From assembly GCA_964631125.1 (NCBI GenBank), contig CAZVYN010000008.1:3746-67745 (forward strand): a stretch of 64,000 nt of DNA, written 5' to 3'. Below, piece by piece: positions 36,888 through 46,334 of this stretch. The position numbers and the translations under genes were made by a program. Under the pieces are notes generated by a model. The model ran no database searches. It was not told the DNA's origin and saw only the letters and a program-made list of their open reading frames with translations. Position 1 is the stretch's first letter, and each line of letters starts with the position of its first letter. The stretch is from an uncultured bacterium (GTDB lineage Bacteria; Eisenbacteria; RBG-16-71-46; CAIMUX01).

Positions 36888-38471
36888 CTACTTGGTCAGG
36901 AGCTTCCTGCGCTCCTGCTCCTTCTTCAACACCTCGGTGTTGAGCACCTTGAACTCGACGCGACGGTTCGCCGCCATGCCTTCGACGGTGTTGTTCGTCG
37001 CGACCGGCGCCGACTCGCCGTAGCCCTTCGAGGTGTACTGCGCACGGTCGATGCCGGGGAACTTCGAGAGCAAGTACTCGAGCACGGCGCCCGCGCGCTT
37101 CTCTGACAGCTCCAGGTTGTACGAATCGGAGCCGCGCGCGTCGGCATGTCCGCCGATCTCGATCCGGAGCTGCGGCCACTGCACGAGGATGGTCCCGATC
37201 TCGTCGAGGACCTTGTACGAGACGGGCAGGATGGTCGACTTGGCCGTCTCGAAGTTGATGTCGCGGACCGTGATCTTGCCGGTGTCCAACAGCTCGGTCT
37301 CCCGTTCGCTCACTTCGATCGGGCAGCCTTCGACGTCGACGCGCACGTTGCGCGGGGTGTTCGGGCAGCGGTCGACGCCGTCGACCACGCCGTCGCCATC
37401 GGAGTCGAGAGGACAACCGGTCGCGTCGACCGAGGCGCCGGCCGGCGTCGATGCGCAGAGGTCGATTCCGTCGAAGACGCCGTCGCCGTCGCTGTCGGCC
37501 GGGCATCCGCGTCCGTCGACGGTGGCGCCGGCGGGAGTCCCTTCACATTGGTCGAGACCGTCGTAGACACCATCGGAATCGCTGTCGGCCGGGCAACCAC
37601 GAGAGTCGACCCGCGCTCCGATCGGCGTTCCGCCGCACTGGTCGATCCCGTCGGGAACGCCGTCGGAGTCGCCGTCGATCGGACATCCGTCCGCATCGAC
37701 GCGAGCGCCGAGCGGCGTGTCCGGACAACGGTCCTTCTTGTCTCCGATGCCGTCGCCATCTGCGTCCGGCAGGATGACGGAGCCGCCCAAGGCGAACTCG
37801 ATGCCTGCGCTCAGCATCAGGTTGTGGTTCATCTTGTCAGCCGGAGGATCATCGGCCGGGGGAGAGTTGAACGTCCAGATCTGGTCACGCACATCGGCTC
37901 GCAGCGCGACGCGCGGAGAGGCGCGGAACTTCACGCCAGCGCCGATCTCCGGACCGTTCTCATAGGTCGGATGCTCGTTCTGGATCGCGCCGTCCGGATC
38001 GCGTTCGAACTTCGACTCCTGCCATCCCGCCAAGACGAACGGGACGATGGCGCCGTCGGGAATCAGGTGAACGATGACGTCGACGCCGTACGTGCGCAGG
38101 TCGGCCGTCACCGGCGCGCGGTTAGCGACGCGATCGGCGACGAAGATGGGGCTGCCGTGCATCGACTCGGTGGAGAGCATCCCGTAGTGCGCCTCGATGC
38201 CGAGCATGCGGACGGGGAAGAAGCCCACGCGTCCGCCGAATGCAATTTTGTCTTCGAGATTCACGTGCTTGCCGAACATCGAGTAACCGAGATAGGGCGT
38301 AGCGGTGAAGTGAGGCCCGTAGACTTGCGCGCTCGCCGAGGTTGCGACCGCCGCGAGGGCCATCGTCATGGCGACGAGGCTCAGGCGGAAGTCGGGGCTT
38401 TTCGGCCCCGCATGAGAGGAGCCGGGGATCCCGTGAAATCCGGATTCGAGCGCTGAAGACAGTTGGGACAT
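36888..38471 (-). CDS. OmpA family protein with thrombospondin type 3 (TSP3) repeats
   Basis: N-terminal beta-barrel. At least six DxDxDGxxDxxDxC Ca-binding repeats. C-terminal OmpA_C domain (NFETAKSTILPVSYKVLDEIG...GHADARGSDSYNLELSEKRA). Confidence 0.85.
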   Translation of the reverse strand: MSQLSSALESGFHGIPGSSHAGPKSPDFRLSLVAMTMALAAVATSASAQVYGPHFTATPYLGYSMFGKHVNLEDKIAFGGRVGFFPVRMLGIEAHYGMLSTESMHGSPIFVADRVANRAPVTADLRTYGVDVIVHLIPDGAIVPFVLAGWQESKFERDPDGAIQNEHPTYENGPEIGAGVKFRASPRVALRADVRDQIWTFNSPPADDPPADKMNHNLMLSAGIEFALGGSVILPDADGDGIGDKKDRCPDTPLGARVDADGCPIDGDSDGVPDGIDQCGGTPIGARVDSRGCPADSDSDGVYDGLDQCEGTPAGATVDGRGCPADSDGDGVFDGIDLCASTPAGASVDATGCPLDSDGDGVVDGVDRCPNTPRNVRVDVEGCPIEVSERETELLDTGKITVRDINFETAKSTILPVSYKVLDEIGTILVQWPQLRIEIGGHADARGSDSYNLELSEKRAGAVLEYLLSKFPGIDRAQYTSKGYGESAPVATNNTVEGMAANRRVEFKVLNTEVLKKEQERRKLLTK

Positions 38472-38703
38472 AGAAAGAGCCCTCCCGCGTGCGAAGGCTC
38501 GAGATCATCGAGACCTAGCGCCTCGCCGTTGGAAATGCCGTATGGCGGAGTCGTGGTTGAGAAAGCAGCGCGGTCCTGGGTCCCACCCCGTGGCGTGCTT
38601 TCACTGTTACAACCGCATAGCAGCAAGACCGAGGCCAACGCTGTGGCTGGTCTCATTTCGGCCGAGCCAACGGGTCGTTTCGCGATCGGCGGAGGATGGA
38701 TCA

Positions 38704-38759
38704 CCGCTACGGCGCTATGCCGCTACGGCGCTATGCCGCTACGGCGCTATGCCGCTATG
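38704..38759. repeat. 16-bp tandem repeat (ccgctacggcgctatg) x3.5
   Basis: Intergenic, 70 bp downstream of the ComM stop and upstream of the OmpA-TSP3 gene. Adjacent to a lower-GC stretch at 38560-38700. Confidence 0.85.
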
Positions 38760-38830
38760 CCGCGGTGCGCGCCAAGCGAGCCGTGACCCTGCCGTCGTTC
38801 GTCCATCGCTCCTCCGCCGCTCCGCACTCC

Positions 38831-40534
38831 TCACCCACTCCGGTCTCCCCGATCCAACATCCGGTATCCGATCGCCTCGATGACATGGCGCGCTTCGATT
38901 TCCTCGCTCTCGGCGAGGTCGGCGATGGTTCGGGCGACGCGTAGAGATCGGTGTACAGCGCGCGCGCTGAGGGAGAAGCGATCGGCGGCGGCGTGAAGCA
39001 TGCCGTGGGGCTTGGGCGCGAGGCGGACATGTCGCTCCAAGTCGACGAGCCCCATCTGCGCGTTGCAGAAGACGCCCTCACGGTCGGCAAACCTTGCTCT
39101 CTGGAGTTCGCGCGCAGCTTCGACCCGCGCCCGGACGGTGGCGGAACTCTCGGCGCTGATACTCTCGGAGCTCGCGATCTCGGAGCGTTCGTCACTCGCG
39201 CCCATGAGCTCCTGCGCCGTCACAGGCGGCGCGTCGACATGGAGATCGAGCCGATCGAGGAGCGGGCCGCCGATGCGTCCTTGATACGACGCGACTTGAT
39301 GCGGCGTGCAGCGGCAGGCGCGCCTTGGATGCCCGGTGAATCCACAGGGGCAGGCGTTCATCGCGGCGACGAGCTGGAAACGACAGGGCAAACGAACCGA
39401 GCGTCCCGCTCGGACGAGAGAGATCGTTCCTTCCTCGAGCGGCTGCCGAAGCAGATCGAGAACGGATCCGCGAAACTCCGGCAGCTCGTCGAGGAAGAGG
39501 ACGCCTCGATGGGCGAGGGAGATCTCACCGGGACGCGGCCAAGCGCCGCCTCCGACGAGCCCCGCGCCGGTGATCGAGTGGTGCGGCGCACGAAATGGAC
39601 GTTCGGTGAGACGGCGCGCGCCGGGCGCGAGCAGGCCGGCCACGCTATGAACAACCGTCGCCTCCAACGCCTCTCGCGGATCGAGTCGCGGCAAGATTCC
39701 GGGCAGCGCTTGCGCGAGGAGCGACTTGCCGGCGCCGGGTGGACCGACGAACAGGAGGTTGTGGCCCCCGGCGGCCGCGATCTCCAACGCGCGGCGTGGG
39801 CCGGCTTGGCCGCGGATGCGAGTGAGGTCGACATACTCTCTCCTCCTAGCGGCTGCCTCGGGAACTGGAGTCGAAGGGTCGACCGCCGTCGTCGCGACGA
39901 CTTCCTTCAGCGGTTCACCTCCGTTCAGCGCGGCGACGATCTCGGAAAGTGAGGAAACAGGAACGAGCCGCACGTCCCCAACGCCAACCGCCTCCGCGAG
40001 ATTCGCCTCGGGCAGGATGAGCCGCCGCCGATGTGACGCTTCCGCCGCGAGCGCCATGGAGAGCGCGCCGCGAACCGCCCGCACGCTCCCATCGAGCGCG
40101 AGTTCACCGGAGACCGGCGTGGCTCGGAGAGCGTCGGCGGGAACCTGACCCGACGCCAGCAAGATTCCGAGCGCGATCGGCAGGTCGAGCCCGGAACCTT
40201 CCTTGCGCAATTCGGCCGGTGCGAGGTTCACGGTGACATGTCGATCGGGGAGTCGCAGGCCGCTGCTGCGAAACGCCGCCGAGATCCGCTCGCGGCTCTC
40301 GCGCACCGACGTGTCGGGCAGTCCGACCAGACTCACCTGCGGATACCCGGAGTCGACCGAGACCTGCACCTCGACCGAGACGGCTTCGATGCCGACGAGC
40401 GTGAAGGTCTCGACGGTGGCGCGGCCTTGGCCGACCGGTTCGCGGGCGTCGGTGTCGAACGGATCGGCGAGCACGATGCTCCCTTTCGTTGAGCGGACGT
40501 CGACGCGCCGACATCCAGAGGAGAAGAGGAGCAA
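38831..40534 (-). CDS. comM: YifB/ComM family Mg-chelatase-like AAA+ ATPase
   Basis: Walker A LLFVGPPGAGKSLLAQ. ChlI-like domain. C-terminal Mg_chelatase_C. The start may lie downstream of the longest-ORF start. Confidence 0.8.
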   Translation of the reverse strand: MLLFSSGCRRVDVRSTKGSIVLADPFDTDAREPVGQGRATVETFTLVGIEAVSVEVQVSVDSGYPQVSLVGLPDTSVRESRERISAAFRSSGLRLPDRHVTVNLAPAELRKEGSGLDLPIALGILLASGQVPADALRATPVSGELALDGSVRAVRGALSMALAAEASHRRRLILPEANLAEAVGVGDVRLVPVSSLSEIVAALNGGEPLKEVVATTAVDPSTPVPEAAARRREYVDLTRIRGQAGPRRALEIAAAGGHNLLFVGPPGAGKSLLAQALPGILPRLDPREALEATVVHSVAGLLAPGARRLTERPFRAPHHSITGAGLVGGGAWPRPGEISLAHRGVLFLDELPEFRGSVLDLLRQPLEEGTISLVRAGRSVRLPCRFQLVAAMNACPCGFTGHPRRACRCTPHQVASYQGRIGGPLLDRLDLHVDAPPVTAQELMGASDERSEIASSESISAESSATVRARVEAARELQRARFADREGVFCNAQMGLVDLERHVRLAPKPHGMLHAAADRFSLSARAVHRSLRVARTIADLAESEEIEARHVIEAIGYRMLDRGDRSG

Positions 40535-40598
40535 AGGTCGGACCAGCGCGGCTAGAATGACGCCCCGCCGGGGACGAACCCCATCGCAGGAGGCTCCG

Positions 40599-40742
40599 AT
40601 GTCCGAGATCGCACGAATGCTCGATCAGTTCGATCGCGCCTGGAAGGGGGAGGCGTGGCACGGCCCGTCGCTCCATGAGTTGATCGACGATCTCAGTCCC
40701 GAAGAGGCCGCGACGACCTCTCGGCTGCGCGCGCAGGCGTAG
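40599..40742 (+). pseudogene. 47-codon ORF resembling the N-terminus of a DinB-family protein (truncated remnant or micro-ORF)
   Basis: MSEIARMLDQFDRAWKGEAWHGPSLHELIDDLSPEEAA resembles DinB-family N-termini and ends at a TAG. A GGAGG SD lies upstream. The Eis gene follows immediately. Confidence 0.3.
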
Positions 40743-40774
40743 CTCACGTGCTGACTCCTGGAGGACAGAAAGAG

Positions 40775-41989
40775 ATGGGTATCGAAGTCACGCCTTGCGC
40801 GTCGCTCGAAGAGGTGACCGGCGCGTTCGCGCCGATCTGGCACTACTTCGGCGGGCGGCCGACGCCCGAGGATATAGAGCGGTTCTCCACCCTCCTTCCG
40901 ATCGACCGCGTCCACGCCGCGCGGGAGAACGGGCGAATCATCGGGGGGGCGAGTTCCTTTCCGTTCGAGATGACGACGCCAGGCGGAACGGTGCGCGCGG
41001 CCGGCACGACAGTCGTCGGTGTGCTCCCGACCCATCGCCGCCGCGGCGTGCTCCGTTCCATGATGCGGGCGCAACTCGACGCGATTCACGAGCGACAGGA
41101 GCCAGTCGCCTATCTCTGGGCCTCCGAAGAGACGATCTACGGACGCTTCGGCTACGGGATGGCGTCGGTCAGTTGTGACTTCGACCTGCCCAAGTCGCAC
41201 GGCGAGTTCGTGCAGCGGTTCGAACCGCGGGGCGAACTCAGGATGCTGGAAGAAGAGGAAGCGCTCGCTCCGTTCGCGGAGATCTATGAACGCGTGCGGC
41301 CGCTCCATCCAGGGATGTTCGCGCGTTCAGAGGACTGGTGGAAGCTCCGCAAGTTGAACGACCCCGAGGCTCGGCGAGCCGGCGGCGGTCCGTTGAATCG
41401 GATTCTGCTGACGCTGGATGGGAGGCCCGAGGCGTACGCGCTCTATCGGATGCATCAGTCGCTCGAACTCGGGATCAGCTCCGGGCATATCAGCGTGATC
41501 GAAGCGATCGGAACCTCGCCGGACGCGACGCGGGAGACCTGGCGGTTTCTCCTGGATATCGATTGGACCGCGCGCGTGAAGGCGCAGCTCCTACCGATCG
41601 ACCACCCGCTGTTCCTCTTGCTCGCGCGCCCGCGGATGATGCGGCTTCGAGTCGCCGACGCGCTCTGGGTGCGCCTGGTCGACGTCAACGCAGCGCTCGC
41701 CGCGCGCAGCTACGGTCCGGGAGGGCCGGTAGTGCTCGAGGTCGCCGATGCGTTCTGCCCCTGGAACGCGGGGCGATTTCGCGTGAGCCGCGACGGCGTC
41801 GAGAGGACGACCGCGGAAGCTGATCTCTCGCTCGACGTGACCGCGCTCGGCTCGATGTACCTGGGCGGATTCAGCGCGGAACGACTCGCGCAAGCGGGAC
41901 GCGGGGCGGAGTTGCGCGCGGGGGGCCTGACCCGAGCCACCAACATCTTCGCGGCAGATCGCGCGCCGTGGTGTCCGGAGATCTTCTAG
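40775..41989 (+). CDS. Eis-like GNAT acetyltransferase (GNAT + GNAT + SCP2-like domains)
   Basis: TVVGVLPTHRRRGVLRSMMRAQL...ASEETIYGRFGYGMAS is the Eis signature. About 400 aa in three domains. Confidence 0.7.
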   Translation: MGIEVTPCASLEEVTGAFAPIWHYFGGRPTPEDIERFSTLLPIDRVHAARENGRIIGGASSFPFEMTTPGGTVRAAGTTVVGVLPTHRRRGVLRSMMRAQLDAIHERQEPVAYLWASEETIYGRFGYGMASVSCDFDLPKSHGEFVQRFEPRGELRMLEEEEALAPFAEIYERVRPLHPGMFARSEDWWKLRKLNDPEARRAGGGPLNRILLTLDGRPEAYALYRMHQSLELGISSGHISVIEAIGTSPDATRETWRFLLDIDWTARVKAQLLPIDHPLFLLLARPRMMRLRVADALWVRLVDVNAALAARSYGPGGPVVLEVADAFCPWNAGRFRVSRDGVERTTAEADLSLDVTALGSMYLGGFSAERLAQAGRGAELRAGGLTRATNIFAADRAPWCPEIF

Positions 41990-42001
41990 CTCACGCTTCG
42001 A

Positions 42002-43777
42002 TCAGAACTCCACGATCTCCGGACTGGTCGCGAGGAAGTCGATCGGGCGGAAACGTCGCTCGCCGAACGCCGTCGTGGAGTACGGATCGTGTTCGACGGG
42101 AAGGTTCGGATACCACGCGAAGCGCAGTTGGAGCGGGCCGATCCCGTACTTGGCGTTGTGCAGCCGCAGGCCCGCTCCGAGGCCGGAGTAATAGTCTTGG
42201 TCGAACAAGCTATTGCCGCGTGAGCCGATGATGTCTATATCGGCAAACGTGAACAGAGCGATGCTGACGCCGCCCGGTCGCCAGGGCGTAAAGGTGACCG
42301 ACTCGAGGTTCACCAAGAAGCGCTCCAATCCGACAACGGTGTGGTCATAGGTGACGCCACGGATGGCGTCGTCGCCGCTGAGATCGATGCTGTCGTCCGC
42401 GAAGCGCTCGATTCCGGTGATGTACTGCGCGTGCAAGAAGTGCCGGAAGCGGAACTCTCCGCGGCGCTGGAGCTCGCTGAAGCAGAGGGTTCGAAGGCGG
42501 AGCACTCCGTGGTTGAAGCCGCCATCCTCGGGGTAGCCGCCGATCCGCATCTCCCCGACTCCATAGCCGACTTTGGTGTGAGTCTCCGCCGCCGCCAACG
42601 TGGCGGACAGATACGGCCGACGGCGGAACTCCTCGTCGGCCAGCCCGAACGTCACCCGAGCGAGAAAGCCGCAAGGGATGTCCTGGGTGCGGCCGAAGTT
42701 GTACAGAAGGTTTGCTCGGTCGTACCGACTCTGGATGAACGCCACACTGCCGAGCAGATGCCGCGCGTGGTGGTACTGGAAGAGACTGGACTCCGTCACG
42801 TCGGGTCGCTTGGTGAAGCGGAGACTCCTCGAGCGGGCGCTGAAGAAGAGAAAACGTCGAAAGTCCGAGCCGTCGTCCGTCATTTTCAGCGGGATCGGTC
42901 GGCCGATCCACAGGTCGACCAGCTCGGAAGTATTGTCGTCCACGGTGGCGAGTGAGTCTTTGACCGTGTTTCGAGTCCGGATCAAGTCGAGGCCGCCGGC
43001 GTAGTCGAGCAATGGCGAGACGAGCGCTCGGGCGAATGAGATGCGCGTCGTTTCCGCGCTCGGTCGATCCGCGTAGGCCAACTCTCCCGCGATAAAGGAG
43101 CGCCCGAAGTTCGAGACGGAGTAACCGGCGTCGAACCCGGAGCCCGGAGCGGCCTGCGGAATGAACGTGACGCCGACCGAGGCGCGATGACCGAGGCCCA
43201 GGAGATTCTGCTCACTCACGTCCACGTCGATCCGGTTTCCCTCCTTCAGACTGCCCGACACCTCGAGTCCCCATCGGTCCTTCACCAGGACGAGGACCTC
43301 GACGGAGTCGGCGCCCGCCGGGTGCGGTTCGACGACGATGCGCGCGTCGTCGAAGAACGGCAGTCCTCGCAACATGCGTTCGCTGTCGGCCAGGCGAAAT
43401 GGAGAGAGGATGTCTCCTTCCCCGAACAGCAGGTTGTTCCTCACGGTGACGTCGCGCGTTTGCGAGTGGAGCGTGTTCAAGAGACGGGACAGCCTCGATG
43501 TGCCTGTTCGGGTCGTGTCGTCGATCGAGGGACCGAAAACAGGGAGAACTTTGACCCGGATCCGGGCGATGCGTTTCCCCTCGGACGAAGCGAAGCGTCC
43601 GACGTTCTCATGCGGATTGGTCGCTGAGACGGGAGGGCCGACTTCGGCCTCGGGTGGGACGTCGGAGGAGTCGGCGCTCGTTGCGGGTGAGGGCGCTGGA
43701 TCCTGCGCGCGTGCGTGATCACGCGCCGTGGCGAGCGTCAGCAGGAGGGAGAGAACGATCAGCGTCGGCCGGGACAT
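42002..43777 (-). CDS. Omp85 family outer membrane protein (POTRA + surface-antigen beta-barrel)
   Basis: Signal peptide after MSRPTLIVLSLLLTLATA. The C-terminal barrel ends in F. Confidence 0.6.
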   Translation of the reverse strand: MSRPTLIVLSLLLTLATARDHARAQDPAPSPATSADSSDVPPEAEVGPPVSATNPHENVGRFASSEGKRIARIRVKVLPVFGPSIDDTTRTGTSRLSRLLNTLHSQTRDVTVRNNLLFGEGDILSPFRLADSERMLRGLPFFDDARIVVEPHPAGADSVEVLVLVKDRWGLEVSGSLKEGNRIDVDVSEQNLLGLGHRASVGVTFIPQAAPGSGFDAGYSVSNFGRSFIAGELAYADRPSAETTRISFARALVSPLLDYAGGLDLIRTRNTVKDSLATVDDNTSELVDLWIGRPIPLKMTDDGSDFRRFLFFSARSRSLRFTKRPDVTESSLFQYHHARHLLGSVAFIQSRYDRANLLYNFGRTQDIPCGFLARVTFGLADEEFRRRPYLSATLAAAETHTKVGYGVGEMRIGGYPEDGGFNHGVLRLRTLCFSELQRRGEFRFRHFLHAQYITGIERFADDSIDLSGDDAIRGVTYDHTVVGLERFLVNLESVTFTPWRPGGVSIALFTFADIDIIGSRGNSLFDQDYYSGLGAGLRLHNAKYGIGPLQLRFAWYPNLPVEHDPYSTTAFGERRFRPIDFLATSPEIVEF

Positions 43778-43889
43778 CTCCAGCACAGCCTGATGCACGA
43801 ACCGAGTTGCGAGCAACGACCCTTCTTGACGACCTGTCATCCTTGCCGTCGCCGGATCGCTCGTCGCGAGCGGTGCTGGTCGCGCTCGA

Positions 43890-44032
43890 ATCTCTTCTTC
43901 GGACTTCCGGCCTACCACCTCGGCGCTCGCGTCTACATGGCGGAGCTGCGGAAGAATCTGGAGGACGATCCGGCGCAACCGAAGTGGCTGCTGACCGAGC
44001 CGGGTGTCGGGTATCGATTGCGGGACGAATAG
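43890..44032 (+). pseudogene. remnant of an OmpR/PhoB-type response regulator C-terminus (winged helix)
   Basis: The frame ends ...LGARVYMAELRKNLEDDPAQPKWLLTEPGVGYRLRDE*, which matches the last 35 aa of trans_reg_C domains. The upstream sequence is degraded and no REC domain is present. Confidence 0.4.
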
Positions 44033-44110
44033 AAATACCGGATACGCCGAGAGCCGCACTTCTGCGGCTCCCGGCGTCTAGTGGAACTGACTCGACGAGG
44101 ACGGCAGCCG

Positions 44111-44668
44111 TTACTTCGGGAGGACCACGCTGTCGATGACGTGGATCACGCCGTTGGTGGTCTCGATGTCGGTCTTGATGACTCGGGCCTGATCGATCAT
44201 CACTCCGCCGTCCTTCACCGCGACGGTGAGCGACTGGCCGTTGACGGTCGCCGCCGACTTCAGCCCCACGACATCCTTGGCCATGACCTGACCAGCGACG
44301 ACGTGGTAGGTGAGGATCGCGATCAGCTTCTCCTTGTTCTCAGGCTTCAGCAGCGTGGCGATCGTGCCTTCGGGCAGCTTGGCGAATGCCTCATCGGTCG
44401 GGGCGAAGACGGTGAACGGTCCCTTCCCCTTGAGGGTCTCGACCAGTCCGGCCGCCTGGAGCGCGGCCGCGAGGGTCTTGAAAGTTCCCGCGGCCACCGC
44501 GGTGTCGACGATGTCCATCTGCTTCACGGTGTTTGTGTTCACTGCGTTCGTGCTCACCTTCGTTGCCTCCTTCTTGTCGTACTTCTGCCCTGCGGGACTC
44601 ATTCCTGCGGTGAAGAGCAGGGCGCTTCCCGCGAGAGTTGCGATCGTTCGTGGCTTCCAGATCTTCAC
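44111..44668 (-). CDS. fasciclin (FAS1) domain protein
   Basis: [18 protein letters not shown]...TYHVV...[16 protein letters not shown] start preceded by an AAGGAG SD. Signal peptide. Confidence 0.8.
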   Translation of the reverse strand: MKIWKPRTIATLAGSALLFTAGMSPAGQKYDKKEATKVSTNAVNTNTVKQMDIVDTAVAAGTFKTLAAALQAAGLVETLKGKGPFTVFAPTDEAFAKLPEGTIATLLKPENKEKLIAILTYHVVAGQVMAKDVVGLKSAATVNGQSLTVAVKDGGVMIDQARVIKTDIETTNGVIHVIDSVVLPK

Positions 44669-44723
44669 TGTCGATCTCCTTCGGTTGTGACTGTTAGGCA
44701 TGGGATTGAGGCAGGTCGGTGGG

Positions 44724-44966
44724 TCAGCGCGAGTGGACGGCCACGCGCGCGGGCTGCCAGCGTTCCTGGATCCGCTTCCAGAGGAGGCCCTGATAGACGC
44801 CGGCCGCGCCGACGAGCAGGTAGACCACGCTGGTCAGCGCGGAGGTGTCGCCGAATTGCCGACCGAAGAGGGTCGCGACGAGGTCGAACTTCGCGGCGCC
44901 GACCAGGCCCCAGTTGAGTGCGCCGACGATCGTCAGCACGGCTGCCAGCACATCGAGCTTCTTCAT
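44724..44966 (-). CDS. DUF378 family membrane protein
   Basis: [35 protein letters not shown] is the DUF378 signature. Confidence 0.8.
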   Translation of the reverse strand: MKKLDVLAAVLTIVGALNWGLVGAAKFDLVATLFGRQFGDTSALTSVVYLLVGAAGVYQGLLWKRIQERWQPARVAVHSR

Positions 44967-45029
44967 GAGAGTTCCTTTCGCTCTGGCGATCGACCTGGTT
45001 GGATCTGTCGCTCGCCCTGTTTCGACAGT

Positions 45030-45146
45030 GGTAGTATGATGACAATCGATTTTAGTTCTAGGAAATATTGCTTCACACTCAAGATCGTTTGACTGTCAAT
45101 ACGCCAAGAGTCGCGGAAGTTGAACCTCACGCAAAAGGAGCGGCCG
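45030..45146. promoter_or_regulatory. AT-rich divergent promoter/operator region between the DUF378 operon and the XRE regulator
   Basis: GC drops sharply (gtagtatgatgacaatcgattttagttctaggaaatattgcttcacactcaag). A TTGACTGTCAA palindrome lies about 65 bp upstream of the regulator start. Confidence 0.45.
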
Positions 45147-45734
45147 TTGCTTTCGAACACGCTGTCCCAGGGTCTGGAATCGTATGGAATCGGAGGGAAG
45201 CTGCGCGGACTTCGGCTGGGAAAACAGATGGGTCTGGTCGAACTCGGGCGCCACACCGGGCTGTCCTCCGCGCTGCTCTCGAAGATCGAGCGCGGAAAGC
45301 TCTTTCCCACGCTCCCGACTCTCCTGCGTATCGCGATGGTCTTCGGCGTCAGCCTCGACTTCTTCTTCTCCCGCGATCTCAAGCGGAGCACGGTCGCCAT
45401 CGTGAGGAAGGCGGAGAGGTCGCGTTTTCCGGAGAGCCCGGACGGCGGACCGCTCGCCTACCACTTCGAGTCGCTCGACTTCACCGCGAACGACCGGAAG
45501 CTGAGCGCGTTTCTCGCGGAGTTCGAAGCGTTGGAGCCAAAAGAGCTCCGCACCCATGCGCACGGGAGCGCCGAGTTCCTCTACTTGATCAGCGGGAAAC
45601 TGGCGCTGACCGTGGACTCGGAGGAGCATCTCTTGGGAGCGGGTGACTCGGTCTACTTCGACTCGACCGAGCCGCACTCCTACCGACGCGTCGGTTCGGC
45701 GAAGTGCGCGGCGGTCGTGGTGACCTTGCCCTAG
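45147..45734 (+). CDS. XRE-family HTH transcriptional regulator with C-terminal cupin domain
   Basis: HTH_3 (LRGLRLGKQMGLVELGRHTGLSSALLSKIERGK) plus cupin barrel. Probable TTG start 6 nt after AAGGAG. The longer ORF begins at 45120. Confidence 0.8.
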   Translation: MLSNTLSQGLESYGIGGKLRGLRLGKQMGLVELGRHTGLSSALLSKIERGKLFPTLPTLLRIAMVFGVSLDFFFSRDLKRSTVAIVRKAERSRFPESPDGGPLAYHFESLDFTANDRKLSAFLAEFEALEPKELRTHAHGSAEFLYLISGKLALTVDSEEHLLGAGDSVYFDSTEPHSYRRVGSAKCAAVVVTLP

Positions 45735-45780
45735 CCGTGGCGCCACTCTCGTCCGGTGCGCTCGCTGACTACATTCGCGG

Positions 45781-45828
45781 CCTCACTCGCAACCTCATTC
45801 GCCGCCTCATTCGCCGCCTCATTCGGCC
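45781..45828. repeat. 12-bp tandem repeat (cctcattcgccg) x4
   Basis: Intergenic between the XRE-cupin gene and the convergent lipoprotein gene. Confidence 0.8.
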
Positions 45829-45867
45829 TCGCTATGATCCCCGCGCTGGCGAAGCAGCTCCGCTCGG

Positions 45868-46296
45868 TCAATAAGAGTCCGGAAAGCTCCCGTTCCATCT
45901 CCGCGCGAGGTTCACGAACGCGATGTCGGCTGCTACCCCACAGACCAGCCAGACGTAGCGATAGACCTCTCTCGGCGTTGTCATGACTCGGATCTCGGAG
46001 GCCGCGACGGTCACGGTATTGCGAGTTGCCTCCGACTCCAGGGATCCCCATCGCGGGAGGCGAGCGACGACCACGACGGACGAATCGCTGAAGCAATTGG
46101 CCTGGATCAGTTCGCCGCGCAGCGCCGTTCCGTCAATTCGCACGAGTTCGACGGGAAGCGGCAGGCTGGCTCGAACGCGAGCGCAATCCTCGTAGGAGAC
46201 AGGTCTCCCTTCCGCCTCATCCGTGTGGATTCCCCACATGTAACCGTCGACGGTGCAGCCGGTGAGTGCGACGCACGCAATTGCGGCGGACAGCAT
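45868..46296 (-). CDS. hypothetical lipoprotein
   Basis: Lipobox MLSAAIACVALTGC. No recognisable domain. Confidence 0.45.
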   Translation of the reverse strand: MLSAAIACVALTGCTVDGYMWGIHTDEAEGRPVSYEDCARVRASLPLPVELVRIDGTALRGELIQANCFSDSSVVVVARLPRWGSLESEATRNTVTVAASEIRVMTTPREVYRYVWLVCGVAADIAFVNLARRWNGSFPDSY

Positions 46297-46334
46297 CCGT
46301 AGTGACGGCGATGCGGATCCTGGCCTCCAAATCG

